Shown: positions 22,601-32,841 of the stretch, in pieces
How positions within the stretch are numbered: position 1 is the first letter of the stretch
How the letters are laid out: each line of letters begins with the position of its first letter
NCBI GenBank assembly: GCA_020137815.1
Contig: CM035360.1
Location: 4,898,001-4,962,000, forward strand
Direction of reading: 5' to 3'
DNA: 64,000 nt
From: Hormiphora californensis
Lineage: Eukaryota > Animalia > Ctenophora
The notes under the pieces: model-generated
What the model was told of the DNA's origin: nothing
The model's input: only the letters and a program-made list of their open reading frames with translations
Databases searched by the model: none
Translations under genes and position numbers: made by a program

Positions 22601-23743
22601 TTATAAGTTGAAAACAAGCGGTACCCCAAAAAGTTTCCGTAAACAAAAAACTAAAACACCAAAAACACAATTTACAAGACCCATACGAGTGTTCATTTTA
22701 ATAACCATACTCTCTTTATCAAAATCGTAACTTATTATCTTGTGTGTCGAGTAATACTTACTAAAAACACGCACCAACTTCACCAAATATTGTAACAGTT
22801 TACTAATTTTCAGTGATCCCTGGCCCTGCTGGATTGGAGTGAGAACGTTGACTGTTAGAACCTGGTGAAACATGGTTAGAAGACACACCAACTCCCACTC
22901 AACTTCCAGGGTCAGAGTCAGCGGGTTTGTTAAGGATTTGTCGCAACTTAATTCTGAGTGTCTTCTCCTAAGGTGAGCCATTCGAGCAAGGTTATAATGG
23001 ATAAACACACTGTCCCTTAGTATCTGATTTGTTGCCCTAGCTGGGTTGAAAGGTGAAGAACTAGAGAAGAAATCGAACAGAACAATCAGAGGTAGCATTG
23101 TTTGGCAATCCTTTGAAACATCTTCATTGGATGAATCTAATCGCTCCTCTGCTTGCTCTTTCAGTTCTTCATATCGGGTTGATAGGTACTCAGTGAGCTC
23201 TGGGGAATCGTTGGAAACTTGGAATGTACCACATGTGATCACCCCTGGTGTGTCAGTTTTACCACCAGCTCGGTCGGTTGTAGAGATGATGATATTGTTT
23301 GATGTTTCACTGGTTGCATTCAAAGGTCTATTTAGATATTCTTGTAGAACAGGAAAATCAGTTAACCCTTCAAACAGTCCCTTTTCGCATTCACTAGCAC
23401 ACTCTCCACTGCACAAATTATTGTATAGAACTGCCAAAAAGGATGTCGCTGCATTTAGATACTCATCTTTTACTGTTTTTCTACAGAACGACACCCCAGC
23501 ACAGGACCCATCGGTTTTGTAGCATATATCCTTAAGTTCCTCAAGCACGGCTGATGTGACTGTGGAACGACACAGTTTTGCAGCAAATTTTCGCTCCCCT
23601 AACTTTATTACATCCTTAATGAGTGAGCCACACCCTGGATTGCTGTCGAGGAGAAAATCGTAACCCTTTCGTGGAACAATCTGGATGTTTGCCATGGGTC
23701 TGGCCGCTTCCGAGGCCACTTTTTCAATGCAGTGGTTTGTCAT
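22601..23743 (-). CDS. DALRD3: DALR anticodon-binding domain-containing protein 3-like, intronless
   Basis: 380-aa ORF; C-terminal DALR motifs VFIHYNLARMAHL, EWELV, YLVKLVRVFSKYYSTHKII, RMGLVNCVFGVL; no HIGH/KMSKS seen, so not ArgRS. Confidence 0.78.
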   Translation of the reverse strand: MTNHCIEKVASEAARPMANIQIVPRKGYDFLLDSNPGCGSLIKDVIKLGERKFAAKLCRSTVTSAVLEELKDICYKTDGSCAGVSFCRKTVKDEYLNAATSFLAVLYNNLCSGECASECEKGLFEGLTDFPVLQEYLNRPLNATSETSNNIIISTTDRAGGKTDTPGVITCGTFQVSNDSPELTEYLSTRYEELKEQAEERLDSSNEDVSKDCQTMLPLIVLFDFFSSSSPFNPARATNQILRDSVFIHYNLARMAHLRRRHSELSCDKSLTNPLTLTLEVEWELVCLLTMFHQVLTVNVLTPIQQGQGSLKISKLLQYLVKLVRVFSKYYSTHKIISYDFDKESMVIKMNTRMGLVNCVFGVLVFCLRKLFGVPLVFNL

Positions 23744-23924
23744 AACTGAAGGAACAAAGCTTTTTTAAAGGCAGCAGATAGAAACACTGAATCCGGGGTG
23801 GTCGGCGATCCTACGTGGCATGCAGACTGCAGAGCATGTCAGACAAAAGTTAAAAAAGACAAGAAAAAACTAAAAAGTCCAAAAAAAGATTGGCAAACGT
23901 TGCTGGCCCCCGATAGGGGCCAGT

Positions 23925-24025
23925 AGTCTATCACGCGCACCCTTGCCGAAAACCCCTTTCCAGAGCCCATTACTGACGGCGCGCGCAAGATTCATTTCAC
24001 CATTAGACCTATCCCGCGCGCTACA
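23925..24025. promoter_or_regulatory. CGCG-rich candidate promoter upstream of the DALRD3-ATG5 cluster
   Basis: cacgcgcac, ggcgcgcgcaa, cccgcgcgct ~200-280 bp upstream of the first ATG; function inferred. Confidence 0.35.
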
Positions 24026-24597
24026 CAAAGCATGTTCGTGAACTGAGACAGAGTCCCATTTTGTGACAATTACATAATTTAGGCGAGCGATCCCTAAACC
24101 TTGTATCTTTGACCTTGAATCAAAGACGAGGGGCGGTTTGAATCCCCCACCATGCCGGAAATAAATTGATACAAGTTGTTTTTAGTGGTCAATACAACAA
24201 AGCAACAAAATAATACATGAGATGTAATTTGTAAATAATATTTTATCCTGACTGCCAGCAATTGGGAAGTGGCATAATCAACCCCTACTCTTTTCTTTAG
24301 CCCACAGAGATTTATAAAATATCACCGGGATATCACAAATATCACCAAAGATAGTCTATCATATCAGCAGTATCAACACTATTGTTCATCTATTTATTTG
24401 ACGACAACCCGATGTATACCGAAACGAATGCGGCATTTAACTGCAATCTGTCCCAGGTTCGGATCGTAACCAATCATTAAACTGGGACCAGGGACCTGAG
24501 AGGTGGAGAGAGATGAGATCACAAAATACCCTAGCTACTGTGGTATCCAGATTACAGCTTGACAAACAGAACACTCGGCAGAGAATATGGGGCGAGG

Positions 24598-25065
24598 TTT
24601 GGGAGATAAGACAGGGTGCTGGGTGGGGTTCGGGAGAGAATACAGGGTGGGGTTCGGGAGAGAAGACATGGTGAGGTTTGGGAGAGAAGACAGGGTGAGG
24701 TTTGGGAGAGAAGACAGGGTGAGGTTTGGGAGAGAAGACAGGGTGAGGTTTGGGAGAGAAGACAGGGTGAGGTTTGGGAGAGAAGACAGGGTGAGGTTTG
24801 GGAGAGATGACAGGGTGAGGTTTGGGAGAGAAGACAGGGTGAGGTTTGGGAGAGAAGACATGGTGAGGTTTGGTAGAGATGACAGGGTGAGGTTTTTGAG
24901 AGAAGACATGGTGAGGTTTGGGATAGAAGACAGGGTGATGTTTGGGAGAGAAGACGTAGTGACGTTTGGGAAAGAAGACAGGGTGACGTTTGGGAGAGAT
25001 GACAGGGTGATGTTTGGGAGAGAAAACAGGGTGAGGTTTGGAAGAGATGACAGGGTGAGGTTTGA
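24598..25065 (+). repeat. 24-bp minisatellite (gtgaggtttgggagagaagacagg) x~19
   Basis: Head-to-tail units, no spacers. Confidence 0.92.
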
Positions 25066-26269
25066 TACTTTGGAGATAAGACAGGACGAGGTTCGGGAGA
25101 TGTTTTAGATTATGACTAGATTTAAAGGATTTAATGAGGAAATGAAGAAGGAGAGGATTGAATAAGATGAATGGGAAGATGAAGGAGATAAATTTAAATG
25201 AAAATTGTGAACATGTACCATACTGCGGGCTACCAAACTAAGTAACTAACCCCAAGGAAACGAACACAACACTACCTCTTCTTCGCCTTCTTCTTAGCAG
25301 GTTGGTGACGCAGTCACCCTTACAACTCGCTTGCGTAGCGTGCCAAAACGAAGCCCGCAAAGCGGGCTGAGTTGTAAGTCTCTAGAGAGGTGACGGCGCC
25401 ACCAACTTAGCAGGGACCTCGCACTCTCGCAGTGGAAATTTATCTGCTAGTACTCGCCGCAAGAACATGTCTCGTAGCCACTTTTACTTCTTTGTAACCG
25501 ACAGAAGAGAGGAAGATGGAGAAGGGGATGAAGGGGCAGAGGACGATAAAGGGGGGATGAAGCTAGAGATGAAGGGGGAGACGAGGTTGAGATAGAGAGG
25601 GAGATGGATGAGTACAGGACGGGCATGAAACAGGACCGGAGGAATGAATAGAAGAAGGAAATGGCGAAGGAGAATGAAGGGAACAAATGAAGAAAGAGAG
25701 GTAGATGAGGGTGGGGTTAGATGAAGGGGTTGGCTCCATTGCAACCTATTCTCGCTCCTGAGATCGATCTCAGTCGCGCGCGACGTCGATCTCACTCAGG
25801 TATCAATTTGGCCAAATGAAGGGGTGGATCATAGTGCATACACCACACAGTGAGTTTGGTTACGAAATAACCCCTTTAAACTTTAAAGGGGTTATTTTGT
25901 AACCATCGCAGATTATGAAATGAAATCCAGTCTGAGCTACACAAGGTTCACAATCTGAACTTCAGATAGAGAAATCCCTCACCTATGGTCCCCAGGGCTT
26001 CAGTAATATGAAAGGAATTGGTAATGAAATTACCCCTAACCCCTCCGCAAAAGCTCTTCGTAACCAAAAAGAGGAGAATGATGGAGGGGAGCTGCCAGCT
26101 GGGGAGAGAAAGAGTGGAGAAAATGAAAGATTAGTTCGGGGGAGGATAAAGGGGGGTCGGAGGTGCCTGCCGGCACCTAAATACATGATATAGATGAATG
26201 GGGAGATAGATGGGAAGGATGAAGTGGTGGAATGAGAATAGAGGAAGTAGGAGAGGGGAACGAAGGGGG

Positions 26270-28065
26270 AAATGGAGGAGAGGATAAAGGGGGAATGAAG
26301 GAGGAGATGGAGGATGAATGGGTATCTACCATCTAGAAAGGGTGCACGAAGGAGGGCGAAGGTCGACGGGGGGATAAAGGGGTAGGATAAAATGGGGAAA
26401 TAAAAAACGGATGGAAGGGGGATATGAAGGGGGAATGAATGAGTCGAGGAAGAAGGAGAGAAGGAAAAAGGGGGAGATGGAGGGGATTTGAGGGGAGGAA
26501 TAGCAGGCCAAGGGGAAATGAATGTAGAAGGATGTGACGGAGGGGCTGGTATACAGTATGGGTAGATTATGTGGGTGTGGTGGAGCGGGGGTTGTATGGT
26601 AGAAGGGGAAAACTGTTTGGAATAAGGGAGGCTGACTTACTGCGAAAAGAAGCAGATGGATATGGAGCGGAGATGGTTCAGAGAGAAAAGGCCATATATG
26701 CGTAACCGAGAGTGCCCCAGGGCTTGTCTTCACTTCAGTAATCAGTAATAGTGTCCACATGATGAATTCGAGTCACTGGAAGTTACTTTTAGATTGATAA
26801 ATGCACCACCAATCCAGAGTATCAAATTTTCAGCCGTTCTATCGGAATCCTGGGAGAGGTAAAGAAGGGTTAGTACAAATGAGAGAGACTAAATTGATAC
26901 ACACTTTACTCGATCTTATAGTGGATACGGACGGGATATGGAGGAGAGGGGGAAATGGAGGAGAGGATAAAGGGGGAATGAAGGAGATGGGGGATGAAGT
27001 GGGAAATGAATGGATATCTACTATCTAGAAAGCGTGGACGAAGGAGGGTGAAGGTCGAAGGGGGGGGGGGGGGTAAAGTGGTAGGATAAAAGGGGAATGA
27101 AGGAACCGATGGAGAGGGGGATGAAGGGGAATGAATGAGTAGAGGAAGAAGGAGAGAAGGAAAAAGGGGGAGATGGAGGGGAGGAATAAAGGCCAAGGGG
27201 GAAATGAATGTAGAAGGATGTGACGGAGGGGCGGGTATAAAGTATGGGTAGATTATGTGGGTGTGGGGGAGCGGGGGTTGTAAGGTAGAAGTGGAAAACT
27301 GTTTAGAATAAGGCTGACTTACTGCGAAAAAAAGCAGATGGATATGGAGCGGAGATGGTTCAGATAGAGAAACAGCCCTCCCCGAGAGTGCCCAAGGGCT
27401 TGTCTTCACTGCAGTCATCAGTAATCGTGTCCACATGATGAATTCGAGTCACTGGAAGTTACTTTTAGATTGATAAATACACCACCAATTCAGAGTATCA
27501 AACTTTCAGCTGTTCTATCGGAATCCTGGGAGAGGTAAAGAAGGGTTAGTACAAATGAGAGAGACTAAATTGATACTACACGTTACTCGGGGGAGTCTGC
27601 ACTTTAGACTCCGAGGAAGATGAAGGAGAGGAAGATGAATGGGGATAGTAGATACGGACAAGTTATGGAGGAGAGGAATATTAAGGGGAGGATCAAGGGG
27701 AGGTTGAAGAGGAGTAGAGATAGAGAGGGGTATAATGAAGGAGGAAAGACCGTCCCTATCCTTCCCTTGTTTGTGTGGGTATATTATGAGGGTGGGGAGC
27801 CGGGAGGTTGTATGGCAAGAGGGGAGGATGTTTTGGAATTTCACTTACTTTAGCGAAAAGAGGCAGATTGATACGGAATGGAGATGGTTCAGATAGAGAG
27901 CCCTCACCGAGATTTCCCCAGGGCTTATTCTTCATTTATTTCAGTAATCAGTAATAGTATCTACATGATCAATGCTGCATCACCGGGAGTTCCTTTTAGA
28001 TTGATGAATACACCATCAATTTACAGTGTCACATTTTCAGCCGTTCTATCTGATTCCTGGGGGAG
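26270..28065 (+). repeat. Tandem ~0.55-0.68 kb repeat, two close copies plus a diverged third
   Basis: atgatgaattcgagtcactggaagttacttttagattgataaat at ~26759 and ~27435; diverged version ~27965-28010. Confidence 0.85.
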
Positions 28066-28513
28066 AAGGGTTTTTAAAAACAATAGAGACTTTGGACTCA
28101 TCGCAATAGCCGGAGGTCTATCTCAGTGGTCATCTTAATCGAATGAACGGTATTAACTTGTAACTATCCAATTCACTTCGATCCATCAGATGGACATTCT
28201 TATGTATAAGCAGTGGAACCGTGAACCGTCACGACATCCCTTGCAGTTGCACCTCTGGGGACATCTTCCAAAGACGTCCCACCGCAAGAGACGAAATATA
28301 ATGCCGGAAAAGTGACTCAGTGACAAATCTGACACACTTTCTTGGCGTAGCATGACCTCCCGGTTGGTGCATCTGTCCTAAAACTCACCGTAGAACTTGA
28401 TTAAGCTAAATATTAACGGATTGGAGCATATCCTTATTAGGTAAGGCAATTTATTTTTGCCCTCATGAAGTACATAACACGGAAGGAAGTAAGTACTCTA
28501 TTCAAATCAACTC

Positions 28514-28835
28514 TATGGCGGCGCATTGACGCAAAATGAAAAAAATAAAAACATGAAAAAAATTTAAAAAACGTGTTTCAAAAAACATGTTTTTAAAAAA
28601 ATATGTTTTCGAAAATGTTGATTTTGCGTCATTGAGCCGGCGACGTGGCGCATTAACACAAAATCAAAATGTTCGAAAACATGATTTTGCGTCATTGAGC
28701 CGGCTTACGTGGCGCATTGACGCAAAATCAAAATTTTCGAAAACATATTTTTTTAAAAACATGTTTTTTGAAACACTTTTTTTTAATTTTTTTCATGTTT
28801 TTATTTTTTTCATTTTGCGTCAATGCGCCGCCATA
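28514..28835. mobile_element. Palindromic MITE (TIR tatggcggcgcattgacgcaaaatg)
   Basis: ~115-bp near-perfect arms with internal repeats of tgattttgcgtca. Confidence 0.8.
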
Positions 28836-31573
28836 CAACTCATAACAATTTTCTTTGGGTTCCCTTATGGACACATTGCAGGAAAAAATTGCTGAATTTA
28901 CAAATGGTAATCGGACACCGGATATTTTCATTACTGGAGATTTCAACCTGCCCCTAATGAATTGGGATAGCTGTTCTGTCCCTACAAGTCCACCATGTAA
29001 AGCTTATCAGCGATTAATGGACTTTATAAACGATAACTTCGCAACACAGGTTGTCGACCAGCCCACTAGGGGGCACAATATACTGGATCTGGTATTGACA
29101 AACTCCCCTGAAAGTGTAGCTAACGTTTTAACAGAAGATGTCCCTAAACTATCTGATCACAAGGTAGTTGACTGTATCTTAACATTCAACCCCATCCCAG
29201 AAGACCCGCCCAAGACTCATCAGTGGGATCACATGGAGTTCAGAGGAATCAACATCCACAAAGGAGATCTTGAACAAATTCGGGTGGACCTCCAATCAGT
29301 TGACTGGACAACATTATTGCAAATATGTGAAGATGATGGTGACTACGAAGGGGAGCTGTTTAAGGAGCTCATCATAATGACAGTTTTGCAGATAGCGATT
29401 AAACACTGTCCTAGGAAGCAGAACCGAGGAAAAACTCGAAAAAGTCGCCTTGAACCGCTGAAGCGGCGAAAAAGGAAACTCAGGACGAGGATCTCTGCAA
29501 TTCAAGCAACAACCCCAGGTTCAATTTCGCTAAACAAGATACAGGACGAACTTCTTTCCCTGGACAAGATCATCAAAGAGCGCCTGGTGGAAAAACGCGA
29601 AGAGGAGGAACGGAAGGCTATTGACACCATTAAAGTCAACCCTCGGTACTTTTACTCCTACGCCAAGCGGTTCCTAAAGTCTGTTTCTTCCATTGCCCCT
29701 CTAAAAAGAAACGATGGATCCCTCACTGATGACGATCAGGAGAAAGCAGAGCTTCTACAGTCACAGTACTGTGGAGTATTCAGCGACCCTAATGGGGGTG
29801 ACTTGGAGAAAAGTCTGTACTGGCTGGACAACGTTGATGCCCCCGTCTTGGAGAACTTCACCTTTTCTTCTGAAGACATCAAAAATGCCCTCTCTGAGCT
29901 CGACCCGAACTCAGCTGCCCCGGATGGTGATATTCCGGCCAAACTTCTTGTAACATGCAAGCAAGAACTGTCCAGACCTCTCTACTTGCTTTGGGAGCGG
30001 TCACTTAGGAATGAAACTGTACCCATGAGCTTGAAACTCCAGTACATCTCACCGATCTTCAAAAAAGGAGACAAAACCAATGCGGCTAACTATCGTCCAG
30101 TATCCTTGACGTCAAACCTGTTAAAGACCTTCGAAAGAGTAGTTCGCAACCATCTGGTGGACCATCTAGAGAGTAACAACCTCATCCCAGGAAATCAGCA
30201 TGGGTTCAGAAAGAACCGAAGTTGTCTCACACAGCTCTTAGAACATTACGACCACATCATGAGAGAAATGAACAGTGGAAACGAGGTTGACGTTGTCTAC
30301 TTGGACTATTCCAAAGCTTTCGACAAGGTTAACCACTCTATTTTGATTGCCAAACTCGAAAAACTTGGAATAAGAGGTACCTTGCTCAACTGGATAAAGG
30401 ACTTCCTTTCTGGTAGGCTTCAAACAGTCACTGTCAATGGAGCCAAATCATCCTTCAGGAAAGTACTCAGTGGAGTCCCTCAAGGGACAGTACTAGGCCC
30501 AATTTTGTTTATCATCTATGTTGCTGACCTCCACCTACAAGTCCACAACTCGAGAACATCTACTTTTGCTGATGATACAAAGCTCTCCAAGGCAATCAGT
30601 TCCGGGTCAGGAACACAATCTGAAAAGGAGCTACAGGAAGACCTTGACAGAGTCGTTGAATGGTCCATTACTAACAGTATGGTACTCCATGAGGACAAGT
30701 TCGAAGTCCTGCACTACTCTCTGTACACTCCAGATACACTAAGTAACCTCCCAACAGTCGTCCAACATCGCTGCTATTTAACTCCTGGAGGAAACTTTAT
30801 CAGTTCTGGGCATCAAGTTCGTGACCTAGGAATCATCATGTCAGACAACGGGTCTTGGACTCAGCATATCGACAAAATCGCCACCGATGCAAGAAAAATT
30901 GCAGGATGGGCACTCCGAACATTTCAGGATAGGTCGATTACCACTATGATGACACTCTACAAGTCCCTCATCCGGTGTAAACTGGAATATTGCTCACCCC
31001 TATGGAACCCCAGAAAAATTTCTGACATTCAGTCACTGGAAAGCGTGCAAAGAAAGTTTACACGTCGGGTCGATAATATGAAGCAGTACAGCTATTGGGA
31101 CCGCCTGAAAAAGCTGAACCTTATGTCTCTGCAAAGAAGAAGAGAGAGATACACCATCATTCACATGTGGAAAATGTATAACGAAGTTGCTCCCAACAGT
31201 ACCAACACACGATTCTACATGAATGATAGGACAGGAGTTAAAGCTGAAGTACCATCTCTATTCAGCGGTGCCAGAGGGACAGTAAAAACTAAGTTCTTCG
31301 ACTCCTTCGCTGTCAAAGCTGCAAGGCTGTGGAATACATTGCCTAAGAAGGTTAACACAGCAGATGACCTGGATCAGTTCAAGATTCTGCTGGGACGATG
31401 GCTCGACCAGTTCCCGGACTGTCCGCCCGTGACTGGGTATCCTACTCAGAACACTAATTCAATCCTGGATTGGGTGCTGGAAGTGAGAGCCGAGAGGGGG
31501 ATGTGTTAAAGGACACTGACACCTTGTGTTTTTCATTGAAGTTATTTATGAAGTTATGAAGTTTATGAAGTTT
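28836..31573 (+). mobile_element. 5'-truncated LINE (CR1/L2/Jockey-group like) with tandem-repeat 3' tail
   Basis: APE N-terminus and ORF1 absent; tail gaagttatttatgaagttatgaagtttatgaagttt at ~31538-31573. Clade is inference. Confidence 0.85.
28855..31509 (+). CDS. Non-LTR retrotransposon ORF2 (C-terminal part of AP endonuclease + reverse transcriptase)
   Basis: GDFN, LDLVLTN, SDH (APE); NYRPVSLTS, QHGFR, YLDYSKAFDKV, GVPQGTVLGP, FADD, DLGI (RT); uninterrupted 884 codons. Confidence 0.95.
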   Translation: MGSLMDTLQEKIAEFTNGNRTPDIFITGDFNLPLMNWDSCSVPTSPPCKAYQRLMDFINDNFATQVVDQPTRGHNILDLVLTNSPESVANVLTEDVPKLSDHKVVDCILTFNPIPEDPPKTHQWDHMEFRGINIHKGDLEQIRVDLQSVDWTTLLQICEDDGDYEGELFKELIIMTVLQIAIKHCPRKQNRGKTRKSRLEPLKRRKRKLRTRISAIQATTPGSISLNKIQDELLSLDKIIKERLVEKREEEERKAIDTIKVNPRYFYSYAKRFLKSVSSIAPLKRNDGSLTDDDQEKAELLQSQYCGVFSDPNGGDLEKSLYWLDNVDAPVLENFTFSSEDIKNALSELDPNSAAPDGDIPAKLLVTCKQELSRPLYLLWERSLRNETVPMSLKLQYISPIFKKGDKTNAANYRPVSLTSNLLKTFERVVRNHLVDHLESNNLIPGNQHGFRKNRSCLTQLLEHYDHIMREMNSGNEVDVVYLDYSKAFDKVNHSILIAKLEKLGIRGTLLNWIKDFLSGRLQTVTVNGAKSSFRKVLSGVPQGTVLGPILFIIYVADLHLQVHNSRTSTFADDTKLSKAISSGSGTQSEKELQEDLDRVVEWSITNSMVLHEDKFEVLHYSLYTPDTLSNLPTVVQHRCYLTPGGNFISSGHQVRDLGIIMSDNGSWTQHIDKIATDARKIAGWALRTFQDRSITTMMTLYKSLIRCKLEYCSPLWNPRKISDIQSLESVQRKFTRRVDNMKQYSYWDRLKKLNLMSLQRRRERYTIIHMWKMYNEVAPNSTNTRFYMNDRTGVKAEVPSLFSGARGTVKTKFFDSFAVKAARLWNTLPKKVNTADDLDQFKILLGRWLDQFPDCPPVTGYPTQNTNSILDWVLEVRAERGMC

Positions 31574-32841
31574 TCGCTAACTGAGAGTCGGCCATATTGG
31601 ATTTGGGTCGAACCAGTGGAAATCGAATGATATTTTTTCCAGAATCGTTTGAAATTGGTGCGCGGCTCACTTTAACACATGCGCGTTAGCAATATTAAAT
31701 AGTGTGCGCGGCTCTACATTTGCGCGTGCGAAAGTGATTGATTTCCAAAATTGAAAAAAGAGTCATCAAATTCATGTCAAATGCTACCAATTCCCAAAAT
31801 TTGGTGATTGTAGGACCTCCGGAACATGGTCAAAATGACTTGGGACAGGATCCTGTACATGCGCGGTGTTCCCTCCTTATCCCTGTTCTGCGCCACGCGC
31901 AGCGCGGGATAAGGCAGCGCTTTTCAAAAAAAAAGAAAAAGCTCAAGTGAAAAAACGCGTTAGTTTGAAAATAAAAAATTTACATCGCGCGCATAACTTT
32001 GAGCTTTACTGCGCGGTAATTATTTGCGCGTGACATTTTTCATTGCCGAGTTTCACTGAAATTTCAATGTTTCCGTCGTCCCCGGTTTACTGAACTGATC
32101 AGAACCGTCCCTGGACCAAGAAAAACTTGGCTGCCCGGGGCATCGTAGTAGGCAGTAAGCAGCAAGCCCCGCGAATGTTAATGCGTTAACCTGGAGTTGC
32201 CTTGTTCGACCCTCCCTCCCCGGAGTCAATAAAAACAACACAATTCCTACCGGTAACAAAATTATTTAATGTTATTACAAAAGTGGAGACGGAATTCCAT
32301 ATTACAATATCGTACTCCTTTTCAGAATGCAGTGTGGAAATGCAATGTGACATTGTGAAATGCAGTTGGGAGGAATGTATATGTTTGTAATTGTACGTGT
32401 ACAACTAAAACATCAAGAAGAAAGTTCCCCTCGGCCTTAGAATCTGATCAGAAAACAGAACACAGGACTTTTATTCACCTAACACTCAAAAAATGAAACT
32501 AATATCTGTTGTGCAGTGTTCTACTGTTCACCAATAATAAGCTCTCTAACTTTCTGCATGCAAAAAAGTCTATAAAATCTTCCCTGAGTCATGCACAACA
32601 ATATGATAATAATTGGTGATATGGAAGAACTCTGCAACTGTCTGTCAGAGCATTGGACTGACAGGTAACTGTAGATTAAAAAGAGAAAGCAGAACCTGTT
32701 CTGCATTTCAAGATTGTTGAATTGTCATTTTGGCACATTTTGCAGTGTTTTTTAAACCAATCCGCACATCTATTTTCACAGTTTATCAGTTCTTATCAGA
32801 GTTATAAATGTGCGTGTAATTTCAGTCTCTATCCCTCCAAT

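Noticed and set aside
23046-23522. 158-aa plus-strand ORF (also 33603..34010)
   Set aside because: Antisense to recognised genes, no motifs.
22601-23743. Arginyl-tRNA synthetase
   Set aside because: Only the DALR domain is recognisable; too short and no catalytic motifs seen.
24535-25108. Repeat ORFs (RFGREDRV)n/(LSSLPNLT)n or a CRISPR-like array
   Set aside because: Head-to-tail 24-bp minisatellite with no spacers; open frames follow from unit length divisible by three.
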